From Candidatus Poribacteria bacterium (GTDB lineage: Bacteria; Poribacteria; WGA-4E; WGA-3G): a stretch of DNA of 64,000 nucleotides. A program made the translations under genes and the position numbers. The stretch lies in contig JAJEDB010000129.1 in the NCBI GenBank assembly GCA_022821725.1, positions 7,914 through 71,913 on the forward strand. Reading direction: 5' to 3'. The notes under the pieces were generated by a model. That model did not search any database, had not been told where the DNA came from, and saw only the letters and a program-made list of their open reading frames with translations. Positions 55,403 to 63,999 of this stretch are shown here, piece after piece; position 1 is the stretch's first letter, and every line of letters begins with the position of its first letter.

Positions 55403-55650
55403 TTTTTAATTATACCTTGCGGATAAGTCATAGCATCCGCGAATTTAACGGTTTGCGTGTTCGAGCCGCCCGCGTGTTTTTGCGAATCAACGCTGAATGC
55501 GCGTGTGGCATTCAGCGGGGCGTTTCTGCGTATTGTTGCGGGCTTGCGGTTGTCCTTTACCCGAAAACCTGATTATTATAGTAAATTCTGTAATTACTTA
55601 TACACTCAGCATCGGTGGGGTTAGGAAACCGCACCTACCGGGGGTTGAAA
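55403..55650. repeat. Composite upstream repeat region
   Basis: Contains the leader motif, a 51-nt module (55477-55527) nearly identical to 26448-26498, hairpin TCTGCGTATTGTTGCGGGCT (55525-55544), and a solo MITE-1 core GGTGGGGTTAGGAAACCGCACCTACCGGGGG (55614-55645). Confidence 0.7.
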
Positions 55651-55712
55651 GTGTGTATTTATTTTTGGAATTTACTATAAAAACTTTCCAACAGTTCCTA
55701 TAGGATCTGACG

Positions 55713-56699
55713 CTATTCCTGATACGCATAGGCACGGTGCTGAATCCGCAGATCGAAATCGTCCACTGGATCCCATATCGGCATATCCGATGGCACTGCA
55801 TAACCAAATTGCTCAGTATCCGAGGGATACGGATTCGTCCGGCGTTCGTGGAGGGCGCGTTGATAGAGTTTGCAGCGTTGCGTCAAGAATTCCGACTGCC
55901 ACCATTTATACCGTTCGTTCCACTGTGGGGTCCGTTGATCGAAGTAAATCACCCGACGCAGCGTCCCGCTCGTGTTAATTTTACTGCCGTGCAAGACTTT
56001 GGTATGGTGGAGCAGAATATCTCCGGGTTCAACTTCTGCTGGCACTGCGTCTTCACGTTCAAAATTGGCTTCACCCCTGTCGATAACCTCCTGTGCCTCT
56101 TCGATCCCCCAGAGGTGGCTCTTCGGGATAACCCAGACACATCCGTTATCAACGGTGGAATCATCTATGTAGATGTCGATGTTAAAGATCGGATGATTCT
56201 CACGGATTGCATTGCCGTCCCGATGCCATCGCACAGAAGAACCGTGTTTCGGCAGTTTAAAGACTAAAGATTCATAGCACGGGATAAAATCGGGTCCAAC
56301 GATCCGATGCAGCAGATCCCCAATAAACGGGTGCCCCAGCAGTCGCAGGGAGAATTCGTTCGGGTGCGAGTGTAGATAGGTCAGATAGTAGGGAATTCCC
56401 TCAGGTCCACGATTACACCATGGATCTGCCGGTCCACCCGCCAAAATCTCATCAATCAGTCGTTGACTTTCGCGTTGTATAACGGTAAGTTCATCCGGTT
56501 GGATTACACCTTTTAGGATGAGATAGCCGTTATCGTTGAAGAATTGAATTTCGTCGTCCGTAATTTTCCTTATTTTTAATTTTTCCTTATTTTTAATTTT
56601 TCCTTGCGGATAAGTATCGGTTGCTTGGACTTTTACGTTTTTCGTGTTCGAGTTGAAGAAACCCCCCAGCAAAAACCCTGCGTGTTTTTGCCTGGGCAT
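55713..56699 (-). CDS. Phytanoyl-CoA dioxygenase (PhyH) family protein; true start uncertain
   Basis: 'ITDDEIQFFNDNGYLILKG', 'RWHRDG' (HxD), 'GDILLHHTKVLHGS'. The frame is open to the ATG at 56699, but the first ~45 codons run through intergenic-repeat sequence. No ATG/GTG/TTG lies at the position expected from the conserved leader. Confidence 0.7.
   Translation of the reverse strand: MPRQKHAGFLLGGFFNSNTKNVKVQATDTYPQGKIKNKEKLKIRKITDDEIQFFNDNGYLILKGVIQPDELTVIQRESQRLIDEILAGGPADPWCNRGPEGIPYYLTYLHSHPNEFSLRLLGHPFIGDLLHRIVGPDFIPCYESLVFKLPKHGSSVRWHRDGNAIRENHPIFNIDIYIDDSTVDNGCVWVIPKSHLWGIEEAQEVIDRGEANFEREDAVPAEVEPGDILLHHTKVLHGSKINTSGTLRRVIYFDQRTPQWNERYKWWQSEFLTQRCKLYQRALHERRTNPYPSDTEQFGYAVPSDMPIWDPVDDFDLRIQHRAYAYQE
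56561..56606 (-). repeat. Tandem 17-nt duplication of the leader motif
   Basis: Plus strand: TAATTTTCCTTA + TTTTTAATTTTTCCTTA (56573-56589) + TTTTTAATTTTTCCTTG (56590-56606). In gene orientation this is CAAGGAAAAATTAAAAA / TAAGGAAAAATTAAAAA / TAAGGAAAATTA. Confidence 0.8.
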
Positions 56700-56758
56700 T
56701 TCTGCGTATTGTTGCAGGCTTGGGTAACGTAGTGAAGTGCAGCCCCAGAGGTGATAAA

Positions 56759-57601
56759 TTAAAAATCACCAATCGCGGCGTGCCACGCCGAAACGAACGC
56801 TTGGACAGACTCATACCTCAACTGTTTGTCTGGATGTGTTGCTTTTTTTGCGACATGCCATAGCGCATCGTTCCCTTTCCAGTCGTCTTGTGAATCGCTG
56901 TTGTTGGCGAGCAACACGAACGCCGTCCGCCCTAACATAAAGACGTTTGTCCTTTCGTCGATTCTCGCGCCTTTCTGAAATTCCTCGGGTGCCATGAACC
57001 GAGTTGAGCCATACAACCGTCCTCGGTCGTTTATAAAAGGTGCTGGATGGTAATGGTCGAAATCGTAGAGGTGTATCCGCTTTTCCTCAAAGTCATAGAT
57101 AATACAACCGTCGTAAAAGTCTTCAGCGATAAACCCGTGCCTTTCAATAAGGACATGGACATCATAGATGACGTTGAGGGCATCAATTATCTCAGTTGCT
57201 GGCAACGCACAAAACCTGTCACGCGGGTGTATTTCGTCAGGACGCAGTTCCCTTTCAGGACGTACCCCCTCACCATCTACCCAATTGTAGACCAGTGTGA
57301 ATCCATTGGGAGTCGTGAAAGCGTTGTTCAATCGCGGGAGTGCCTCGTGCTGGACAGCGGCGTGGAAACGCACAGCCTGCTTGAGCCATCTGATGGTCTG
57401 TGGCGTGTTGCCGTGTTTAACGAACCAATGTTGATCGTCCACGACCACTCGGAAGGATTGACATCTCGAATCGTGTTCAGGAAACTGAAACGTGATTTCT
57501 CCGATCTGCTTCAGGTATGCTTCGATATGTGTGTCAATTTCCGAAACTTCCAGAAGTGGATGTCGGGTGGGCATTTCGTTTGTCCTCATCAGGCGCGGCA
57601 A
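56759..57601 (-). CDS. Protein-kinase-like fold phosphotransferase (ePK/APH-like)
   Basis: 280 aa. 'FVKHG', 'FIAEDFYDGCIIYD', 'HLYDFDH' (DFG-like), 'STRFMAPEEF' (APE-like). Confidence 0.55.
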   Translation of the reverse strand: MPRLMRTNEMPTRHPLLEVSEIDTHIEAYLKQIGEITFQFPEHDSRCQSFRVVVDDQHWFVKHGNTPQTIRWLKQAVRFHAAVQHEALPRLNNAFTTPNGFTLVYNWVDGEGVRPERELRPDEIHPRDRFCALPATEIIDALNVIYDVHVLIERHGFIAEDFYDGCIIYDFEEKRIHLYDFDHYHPAPFINDRGRLYGSTRFMAPEEFQKGARIDERTNVFMLGRTAFVLLANNSDSQDDWKGNDALWHVAKKATHPDKQLRYESVQAFVSAWHAAIGDF

Positions 57602-57763
57602 AACAGTTTTTCTCCGCTTTGCGACTGCTAATAATTATCTGCTTGCAAGCGTTACCGAAATAGTATATCATAATATGTATCAAAATTTAATCTTTTTTTG
57701 CCACTGAGAAAACCCAAGAATCACATAACATCGTCTGCTATAAAAGAAATAGGGAACCGCTTT

Positions 57764-58258
57764 ATGCGACATAACCTCTTCGTCCCGAACAAAATGCCTT
57801 ATGCCAAAGGAAAAAACCGTCCAGATGTCCCGTGTATTCTGTGCGCAATTGTCGAGAAAAATGATAAAGTCCAACGGCTTGAGGTCCATCGAACCGAACG
57901 CTTTACCATCTCGCTGAACCTCTATCCTTACAGTCCGGGACACCTCTTAATTTTTCCGAATCGGCATGTGCTCGACGTCCGAGAGTTGAATCAGGAAGAG
58001 GTTCAAGAACTGCACGAATTGCAATGCCTCTGTTTCGAGGCACTCACGTGCGCTTATCAGCCGCGCGGCTTCAATGTTGGCTATAACATGGGGGATGCCT
58101 CCGGTGCAAGCATCGCGCACTTTCATCTGCACGTTGTCCCTCGATATCCGCGTGAATTGGGATTCATGGACGTTATTGGCGGTGCGCGTATCATCATTGA
58201 AGATCCGAACGCTACGCAGGAGAAACTTGTACAGATATTTCAGGAACTAACGGTATAG
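57764..58258 (+). CDS. HIT family hydrolase
   Basis: ATG at 57764. 'CILCAIVE', 'NLYPYSPGHLLIFPNRH', histidine triad 'HFHLHVVPR'. Confidence 0.8.
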   Translation: MRHNLFVPNKMPYAKGKNRPDVPCILCAIVEKNDKVQRLEVHRTERFTISLNLYPYSPGHLLIFPNRHVLDVRELNQEEVQELHELQCLCFEALTCAYQPRGFNVGYNMGDASGASIAHFHLHVVPRYPRELGFMDVIGGARIIIEDPNATQEKLVQIFQELTV

Positions 58259-58468
58259 TTTTTAGTTGTCGGAAAGTTTTTAAAGTCGGTAAAGTGTTCT
58301 AAAGTGCCTAAAGTTGTAAGAGGTACTTTGACCTTCCAAACGAAAACCCTTGCAACTTCCCAACTTTAGTACACTTGCAAACTTCCCGACTACCGATGGC
58401 AACCTCTTAACTGAAAACCGATAACTGAAGACTGACACCCGAAAACTATTCAAGAAAGGAAACACAGA

Positions 58469-59683
58469 ATGAGCAATCCCGCTTATGATATTTTAGCTGA
58501 AACGTTAGAGAAACAGGGAATTCAGGTAGAGGCTATCAAAGCCCATCTCAAGGAACAACACATCGAAACACCGTCATGGGGTTACGGTAATTCCGGGACC
58601 CGGTTCGGTGTCTTTGAACAACTCGGGGCAGCCCGAAATGCCGCCGAACGTCTCGAAGATGCAGCGACCGTTCACCGTTTCACCGGTATCGCCCCCACCG
58701 TCGCACTCCACATTCCGTGGGATAAGACAGACGATTGGGGGGCATTGAAACAGTATGCCGCGGATGTCGGTATCGGCATCGGCGCAATCAATCCGAACGT
58801 CTTTCAGGATCAGGCATATAAACTCGGTAGCGTCTGCAACCCGGATGCAGATATTCGCAGACTCGCGATAGATCACATGCTGGAATGTGTTGACATCATG
58901 GAGAAAACCGGATCCGATCTGCTGAGTTTGTGGTTCGCAGACGGGACGAACTTTCCCGGACAGTCGAACTTCAGGAAACGCAAGCGATGGATGGCGGAGG
59001 CGTTAGCGGAAGTCTACGATGCACTTCCAGATGCCACCCGTATGCTCATCGAGTATAAGTTCTTTGAACCCGCATTCTACCATACCGATCTCCCCGACTG
59101 GGGAACCGCCTACCTCATGGCAACGAAACTCGGTGAGAAAGCGCAAGTCCTCATCGACTTAGGGCATCACCCACAAGGCACGAATATTGAGTTCATTGTC
59201 GCCTACCTGATTGATGAAGGCAAACTCGGTGGGTTCCATTTCAACTGCCGGAAATACGCAGACGATGACTTGACGGTCGGTTCTATCAATCCACAGGAAC
59301 TCTTCCTGATTTACACCGAACTGGTCGCTGCAGAACTCGATCCGAACACGGAAACCGACATTGCTTACATGATCGATCAGAGTCATAACCTGAAACCGAA
59401 GGTAGAAGCGAGTATCCAATCCGTGTGTAATCTGCAAAAGGCGTATGCGAAGGCACTGCTCGTTGATCGGGAGGCACTCGCCGCCGCGCAGGATGCCGCC
59501 GATCTGGTTGAAGCAGAATCTATCCTCCAGCGCGCCTATGAAACGGATGTAAATCCGCTGGTGGAGCAGGTCCGCTTGGAGATGGGACGCGATCCGCATC
59601 CGCTGACGGCATATCGGAAGAGTGGTTATTATGAAAAAATTAGTGTCGCTCGTGTCGGTGGTGAAAGCCAAGGTTGGGCATAG
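58469..59683 (+). CDS. L-rhamnose isomerase-like sugar isomerase (xylose isomerase-like TIM barrel; ~400-aa soil-bacterial type)
   Basis: '[18 protein letters not shown]', 'ALHIPWD', 'IDLGHH', '[14 protein letters not shown]'. Confidence 0.65.
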   Translation: MSNPAYDILAETLEKQGIQVEAIKAHLKEQHIETPSWGYGNSGTRFGVFEQLGAARNAAERLEDAATVHRFTGIAPTVALHIPWDKTDDWGALKQYAADVGIGIGAINPNVFQDQAYKLGSVCNPDADIRRLAIDHMLECVDIMEKTGSDLLSLWFADGTNFPGQSNFRKRKRWMAEALAEVYDALPDATRMLIEYKFFEPAFYHTDLPDWGTAYLMATKLGEKAQVLIDLGHHPQGTNIEFIVAYLIDEGKLGGFHFNCRKYADDDLTVGSINPQELFLIYTELVAAELDPNTETDIAYMIDQSHNLKPKVEASIQSVCNLQKAYAKALLVDREALAAAQDAADLVEAESILQRAYETDVNPLVEQVRLEMGRDPHPLTAYRKSGYYEKISVARVGGESQGWA

Positions 59684-59712
59684 GCACGGTTGAAACAGTC
59701 TTAAACTCGGTA

Positions 59713-59733
59713 GGCGCGGTTAGAAACCGCGCC
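59713..59733 (+). terminator. Hairpin GGCGCGGTT-AGA-AACCGCGCC followed by TTTCTTAT (candidate terminator; solo MITE-1-type hairpin)
   Basis: Lies 30 nt after the isomerase stop. 9-bp GC-rich stem followed by a T-rich tract. Confidence 0.4.
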
Positions 59734-59759
59734 TTTCTTATGGAAGATCATTAAAAAAT

Positions 59760-60701
59760 ATGACCAAGATTAAAATCGGAATTATCGGTTCGGGTGGGAT
59801 GGCACGGAATCACCTCACACGATTTGCTTCAATTCCAGATGCCGAAATCGTGGCGATCGCCTCCAGAAACGAACAGACAGGCACTCAACTCGCCAAAGAA
59901 CACACGACAGTCTTTATACCCGAATGGCAACGTCTTGTTGAACGCGAAGACATAGAGGGTGTCGTCATCTGCACCCACAACGACAGCCACGGTGAGATGA
60001 CCCTCGCGGCGTTGCGATCAGATAAACATGTCTTCGTGGAGTATCCGCTCGCCAGCGATGTCGGTGAAGGAGAAGCAGCACTGCAGCTCGCAGAAAAACG
60101 GGGTCGTGTACTTCGGGTATCGCATCCGGAGGCAGTCTCCAACACCCACACAGCCCTCAAGCAAAAAATAGGCGAACTCGGCGATCTGCTGCTCACCGCT
60201 TTCGTGCGCCTCACACCCGGTCGGGGTGCGCGTCCTGAGATACTCTTCAATCTGCCGGTGTCAGGAACCCCCGCCCACTTTTTCATCTATCATATCTATC
60301 CGATTGTGGATTTCTTCGGGGGTGCTGCGTCCGTTAAAAGAAACGCTGTCTACGAAGGATTAAGGGAGACTGGACAGTACGACGGGTTTGTCAACACGCT
60401 CACTGTTGAATTCAAACGCGGCGGTATCGGACAGTGGACCTGGGCCGGTGGTATCGCCATCAACGCCGCCGAAGAACACGAGCGATACGTCCTCACGGAA
60501 GGCACAATTAGTGATGCGGGTGGCGAGTGGCACTGTACAACACCTTCTGGCGTGACACCGATTCCTATACCGGATTCACCGCAACAGACGCTCCAAGAGT
60601 TATGGTTCTCCGAGATCCGAGGGGCTGCTGATCAGCCTCCCAATTTGGAAGACGCAACAGTCGCATTGGAGGCAATCCGTATCAGTCTCGCCTCCGAATA
60701 G
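59760..60701 (+). CDS. Gfo/Idh/MocA family oxidoreductase
   Basis: 313 aa. 'IKIGIIGSGGMA', 'VVICTHNDSH', 'VFVEYPLA'. Confidence 0.75.
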   Translation: MTKIKIGIIGSGGMARNHLTRFASIPDAEIVAIASRNEQTGTQLAKEHTTVFIPEWQRLVEREDIEGVVICTHNDSHGEMTLAALRSDKHVFVEYPLASDVGEGEAALQLAEKRGRVLRVSHPEAVSNTHTALKQKIGELGDLLLTAFVRLTPGRGARPEILFNLPVSGTPAHFFIYHIYPIVDFFGGAASVKRNAVYEGLRETGQYDGFVNTLTVEFKRGGIGQWTWAGGIAINAAEEHERYVLTEGTISDAGGEWHCTTPSGVTPIPIPDSPQQTLQELWFSEIRGAADQPPNLEDATVALEAIRISLASE

Positions 60702-60705
60702 TCCA

Positions 60706-61482
60706 TCACAGCGTCCGTTGAAACCACGCGACCGATCTGGAGATGACCGCTCGTTCCCATGCAACCGTATTAAAAGTATGATCTGCCTTATCAACGATCT
60801 CAAGTTCCGTCAGCGCATCGCGGTCGCGCATCAATTCGTAGTAGCGTCTGCCGTGGGAGGCGGGCACGACATCATCACCGCTGCCGTGAATCACGAGGAG
60901 CGCGCCTGTGAACTGCTGAATGATAACGGAAGGAGATAGGTGAGGGAGTTCTTCATAGAACGCTTTCCCGACGATGTTCGGATTTAACTGCGCGATTTCC
61001 TCCGGTGTCGGTGTATTTTTGGACCGCTCCAAAATCTCGTTTTTCCGGTCTGGCGGATCGTCCGAGAGCGGTGCCCACATCACCGTCGATTTCACAAGCG
61101 TATCCTGCCCGGAGACACACGCCGCAACACAGCCTCCCATGCTCAATCCCAAAATACCGATGCGTTCAGGGTCCACCCCTTGCATAGCAGTAAGCACATC
61201 AATGGACTTGACGGCATCCGAAATCTCGCCACCGATCGTCATCTCTGAGAAATCGCCTGCACTGTCCCCGGAACCCCGAAAATCGAACCGAAGCACATAG
61301 AACCCGATAGCGGCGAGCTCCCGCGCAGTTTTGACGAATATCCGGTGCGGCTCGACCTTCGTTCCCGTAAATCCGTGAAAAAAGGCAACTGCCGGGCATG
61401 GTGTTTCGTAACCTGTTGGCGAATGCAGTATCCCGTTTATCTGCTGTTCCTGATTGTAAAATACGATCGGTCTTTCTGTCAT
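60706..61482 (-). CDS. Alpha/beta hydrolase
   Basis: 258 aa. 'VAFFHGFTG', nucleophile elbow 'GLSMGG', 'HGSGDDVV', 'ADHTF'. Leader variant CGCGAAGGAAAACAAGAAAT-ATG. Confidence 0.8.
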   Translation of the reverse strand: MTERPIVFYNQEQQINGILHSPTGYETPCPAVAFFHGFTGTKVEPHRIFVKTARELAAIGFYVLRFDFRGSGDSAGDFSEMTIGGEISDAVKSIDVLTAMQGVDPERIGILGLSMGGCVAACVSGQDTLVKSTVMWAPLSDDPPDRKNEILERSKNTPTPEEIAQLNPNIVGKAFYEELPHLSPSVIIQQFTGALLVIHGSGDDVVPASHGRRYYELMRDRDALTELEIVDKADHTFNTVAWERAVISRSVAWFQRTL

Positions 61483-61584
61483 ATTTCTTGTTTTCCTTCG
61501 CGAGGTTCACTCTCCGTTTGATTCTAAAGCCCGTCGGAAATCCTCTGGACTTTCTGCTCAGATTGCGGCGCGGTTTTCTCCAGT

Positions 61585-61614
61585 ATGCTGCGAAATGCTG
61601 CGAAATGCTGCGAA
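61585..61614. repeat. Three tandem copies of a 10-nt unit ATGCTGCGAA
   Basis: 61585-61594, 61595-61604 and 61605-61614, followed by a degenerate fourth unit. Confidence 0.8.
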
Positions 61615-61661
61615 TTATAGCGAAATGTGTCGTCTTTTCAGTTTTTTGTAGGTTTCCTTTA

Positions 61662-61753
61662 TAGGACTTACGCAAAATGACCACATTTTACCTATTTTCA
61701 CAGGATTCAGTGCGGTTAGAAACCGCACCTACCGGGGGAGTGCGTAAGTCTTG
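61662..61753 (+). mobile_element. MITE family 1, copy E
   Basis: AGGACTTACGCA ... TGCGTAAGTCTT. Hairpin 61710-61728. CTTTA duplicated on both flanks. Confidence 0.8.
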
Positions 61754-61924
61754 CTTTAGCAATTCGGCTGTGCGTTTGTGAAATAGGCCTCAGGTTGTGT
61801 CCGACTGTGACGTGCGGAAGTCAAGCGGGACGGGGAAAGTGACGTTTTTTCGGCATTTTTTCTCTCTGCGGGTTTTTCGTTGGCTTCGGTTATCCGGGTA
61901 TTCCGGAACATTGTTGTTATCAAC

Positions 61925-63130
61925 TTATTGAAGAGATTCTGCCGCAAGTATTGTCAAGCATAATTCTTCGTTGAAAAGTTCATAGATAGGCGTTTTTCCG
62001 CTCAATGCTTCACTCTCGTTTAGAATGATGCCGACACCTTCCCCACGTCCTTCTAAAAAGTGCCTTCGCTTTACCTGTTTTCCAACATCAGCATCCAAAG
62101 TAATTTCCGAAAGTAAACGTGCTAAGAGTTCATTACGCGTGGCTTGACTGTAACGTAATTTATCAATTGTTACAGTATTTGCTAACGCCCCTGGGGAATA
62201 TAATTCAAGCCGGTCAGCAAACATGAACAGACGAATTTTTGAGCCGTATTTTGAATAATCTCTATGTACAACTGCGTTAACAATTGCCTCAAATATCGCG
62301 CGCATGCTGTATTGGGGTTGGTCTATCCTGCCAATTTCCTTACGTGCTGATACCTCGTTGTGTTTTTGAACAAATTTAAAGGCATCTACAATCTGTTGGT
62401 CAAGGGGTCCCCTAAAATCTTTTGCATCTATCTGGTAGTTGGCATCTTTTTCTTTGCCACTATAGTAAACGGCTTGAATAAAACTGTTATACAGGTAATC
62501 ATCAGGTGTGTCATGACACATCAAAATACCGGCTACAGAAGCACGGGTTTCTCGCCCCTCTCTAACGAGTAAACTTCTTTTCAGGAGTAGGTCTTCTATA
62601 GCATCTCCAGAGGCATCTTCTGTGATGAATCGTTCATAGAGTGGAGATCTTAAGGTTTCCTTATGTGTATTCGGGACGAACTGTTCATTAAATGCGATAA
62701 TTCTTGCTTGGGAACGGCTCTGTAATACCCGCGCTAATTGCTCGGTGGACATCTCCCTTTTGCTGCTGCCTTGTCTTGTAAAATAACCGTTAGACGTTTT
62801 GTGGACAAAAAGGCTCCTCGGCACCTCTATTTTCAGTAGGTTTTTATCATCAATCCGTAATTTTTCTGTAAATATGGGAACGGTAGGTTCAATGCTGTCA
62901 TTGCATATTTCAACAACCGTTTTTTCTACACTATCCAATTTCTGCAGTTCAATTCCGACGATCTCTCTGTTGTCGTCAATACCGATGAGTATTATCCCGC
63001 CTTGGGTATTCGCAAATGCTGCGATTTCGTCAGCAAGACTATTTCTGTGAGGCATCTCCCTTTTGAATTCAATCGTTGAATCTTCACCAAGAATAATTTT
63101 TTCAAGAAGTTCCGTTAGACTGTAATACAT
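61925..63130 (-). CDS. AlbA_2 (Schlafen-like) plus HATPase_c_4 domain protein ('putative DNA-binding/ATP-binding regulator' type)
   Basis: 401 aa. 'EDSTIEFKREMPHRNSLADEIAAFANTQGGIILIGIDDNREIVGI' (AlbA_2). 'AIFEAIVNAVVHRDYSKYGSKIRLFMFADRLELYSPGAL' (HATPase_c_4). Its start is 2 nt after the upstream stop. Confidence 0.8.
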   Translation of the reverse strand: MYYSLTELLEKIILGEDSTIEFKREMPHRNSLADEIAAFANTQGGIILIGIDDNREIVGIELQKLDSVEKTVVEICNDSIEPTVPIFTEKLRIDDKNLLKIEVPRSLFVHKTSNGYFTRQGSSKREMSTEQLARVLQSRSQARIIAFNEQFVPNTHKETLRSPLYERFITEDASGDAIEDLLLKRSLLVREGRETRASVAGILMCHDTPDDYLYNSFIQAVYYSGKEKDANYQIDAKDFRGPLDQQIVDAFKFVQKHNEVSARKEIGRIDQPQYSMRAIFEAIVNAVVHRDYSKYGSKIRLFMFADRLELYSPGALANTVTIDKLRYSQATRNELLARLLSEITLDADVGKQVKRRHFLEGRGEGVGIILNESEALSGKTPIYELFNEELCLTILAAESLQ

Positions 63131-63132
63131 GA

Positions 63133-63999
63133 CTAATCTCCGAGATGAATACGTCTATAGCGTTGCTCAAATGCCTTTTCTCCGCCTTCAAGAATATTGC
63201 ATATAGATTCCCTAACCTTTTTTTCTTGTATACTTGCAGGATGTTGCACATAAGTTTGACCTTCCACTATCGCAAGCGGTAAAACTAATTCTGCATCACC
63301 GTTAACCACAATATTGGCATTGTGCGTCACAACGATAACCTGCCGTTTACTTTTTGTTTTTCGCAACTGTTTGACAACCAAGTCGTAAATTAACTCGTTG
63401 TCCAAATCGTCTTCGGGTTGGTCTAACAAGAGGGGTTCGTCTCCATAGGATAGGATGAACGCCAATAGCGCAGCTGCTCTCTCACCAGGTGAGCCGAGTT
63501 CCATCGGTTTACGATTGGCATCCAAGGTAATTTTCAACGCATCCTCGGGAAACCACAGAGTGAGATCAATCATAGATTCTCGTGACAACGATTGCAAACG
63601 AGTCGCGAACGATTTATATTTGGCAGTCTTCTCTCCCTTGCGAATACCTTCAATCGTTTCTTTGAGTTTTTCAATTTTCTCGTCTCCACTGTTGTGATAA
63701 ATCTTTTTTAAGTTTTTAAAATCCGAGGCAAAACGATCCTGACATTGCAGTATATTCCGAATCTCTTTCTCTATGCTACTCCACTTTTCGCCAAAAGGCT
63801 GGACTTCAATGCTGACGAATTGATTGTCTTTTAGCACAGAAGCCAGAAATTCTTGCCGATTTTTTGAGAGTATTTTCCTGTTCTCTTTAATTTCCACAAA
63901 CACTCTCCGTTTTTCAGCCTCTAAATTAAGCAAATCTGTCTTATGTTCACCAATTGAATCCAACTCTCTTTTTAAGTTCTTTTGTTGTGTCAATAGCAA
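63133..63999 (-). CDS. SMC/ABC-like ATPase, C-terminal part only (N-terminus beyond the window edge)
   Basis: Coiled-coil-like K/E-rich region, signature-like 'GSPGERAAALLAFIL', Walker B 'LLLDQPEDDLDN', H-loop 'VIVVTHNANIVV'. Resembles TrlF/SbcC-like AAA ATPases. Confidence 0.7.
   Translation of the reverse strand: MLLTQQKNLKRELDSIGEHKTDLLNLEAEKRRVFVEIKENRKILSKNRQEFLASVLKDNQFVSIEVQPFGEKWSSIEKEIRNILQCQDRFASDFKNLKKIYHNSGDEKIEKLKETIEGIRKGEKTAKYKSFATRLQSLSRESMIDLTLWFPEDALKITLDANRKPMELGSPGERAAALLAFILSYGDEPLLLDQPEDDLDNELIYDLVVKQLRKTKSKRQVIVVTHNANIVVNGDAELVLPLAIVEGQTYVQHPASIQEKKVRESICNILEGGEKAFEQRYRRIHLGD

Noticed and set aside
56561-56606. Tandem short repeats (also 61585-61614 and 18561-18580) considered as a possible CRISPR array
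   Set aside because: The units are 10-17 nt, directly abutting with no spacers, and there are only 2-3 copies. No cas genes are present. These are slippage duplications, not CRISPR.
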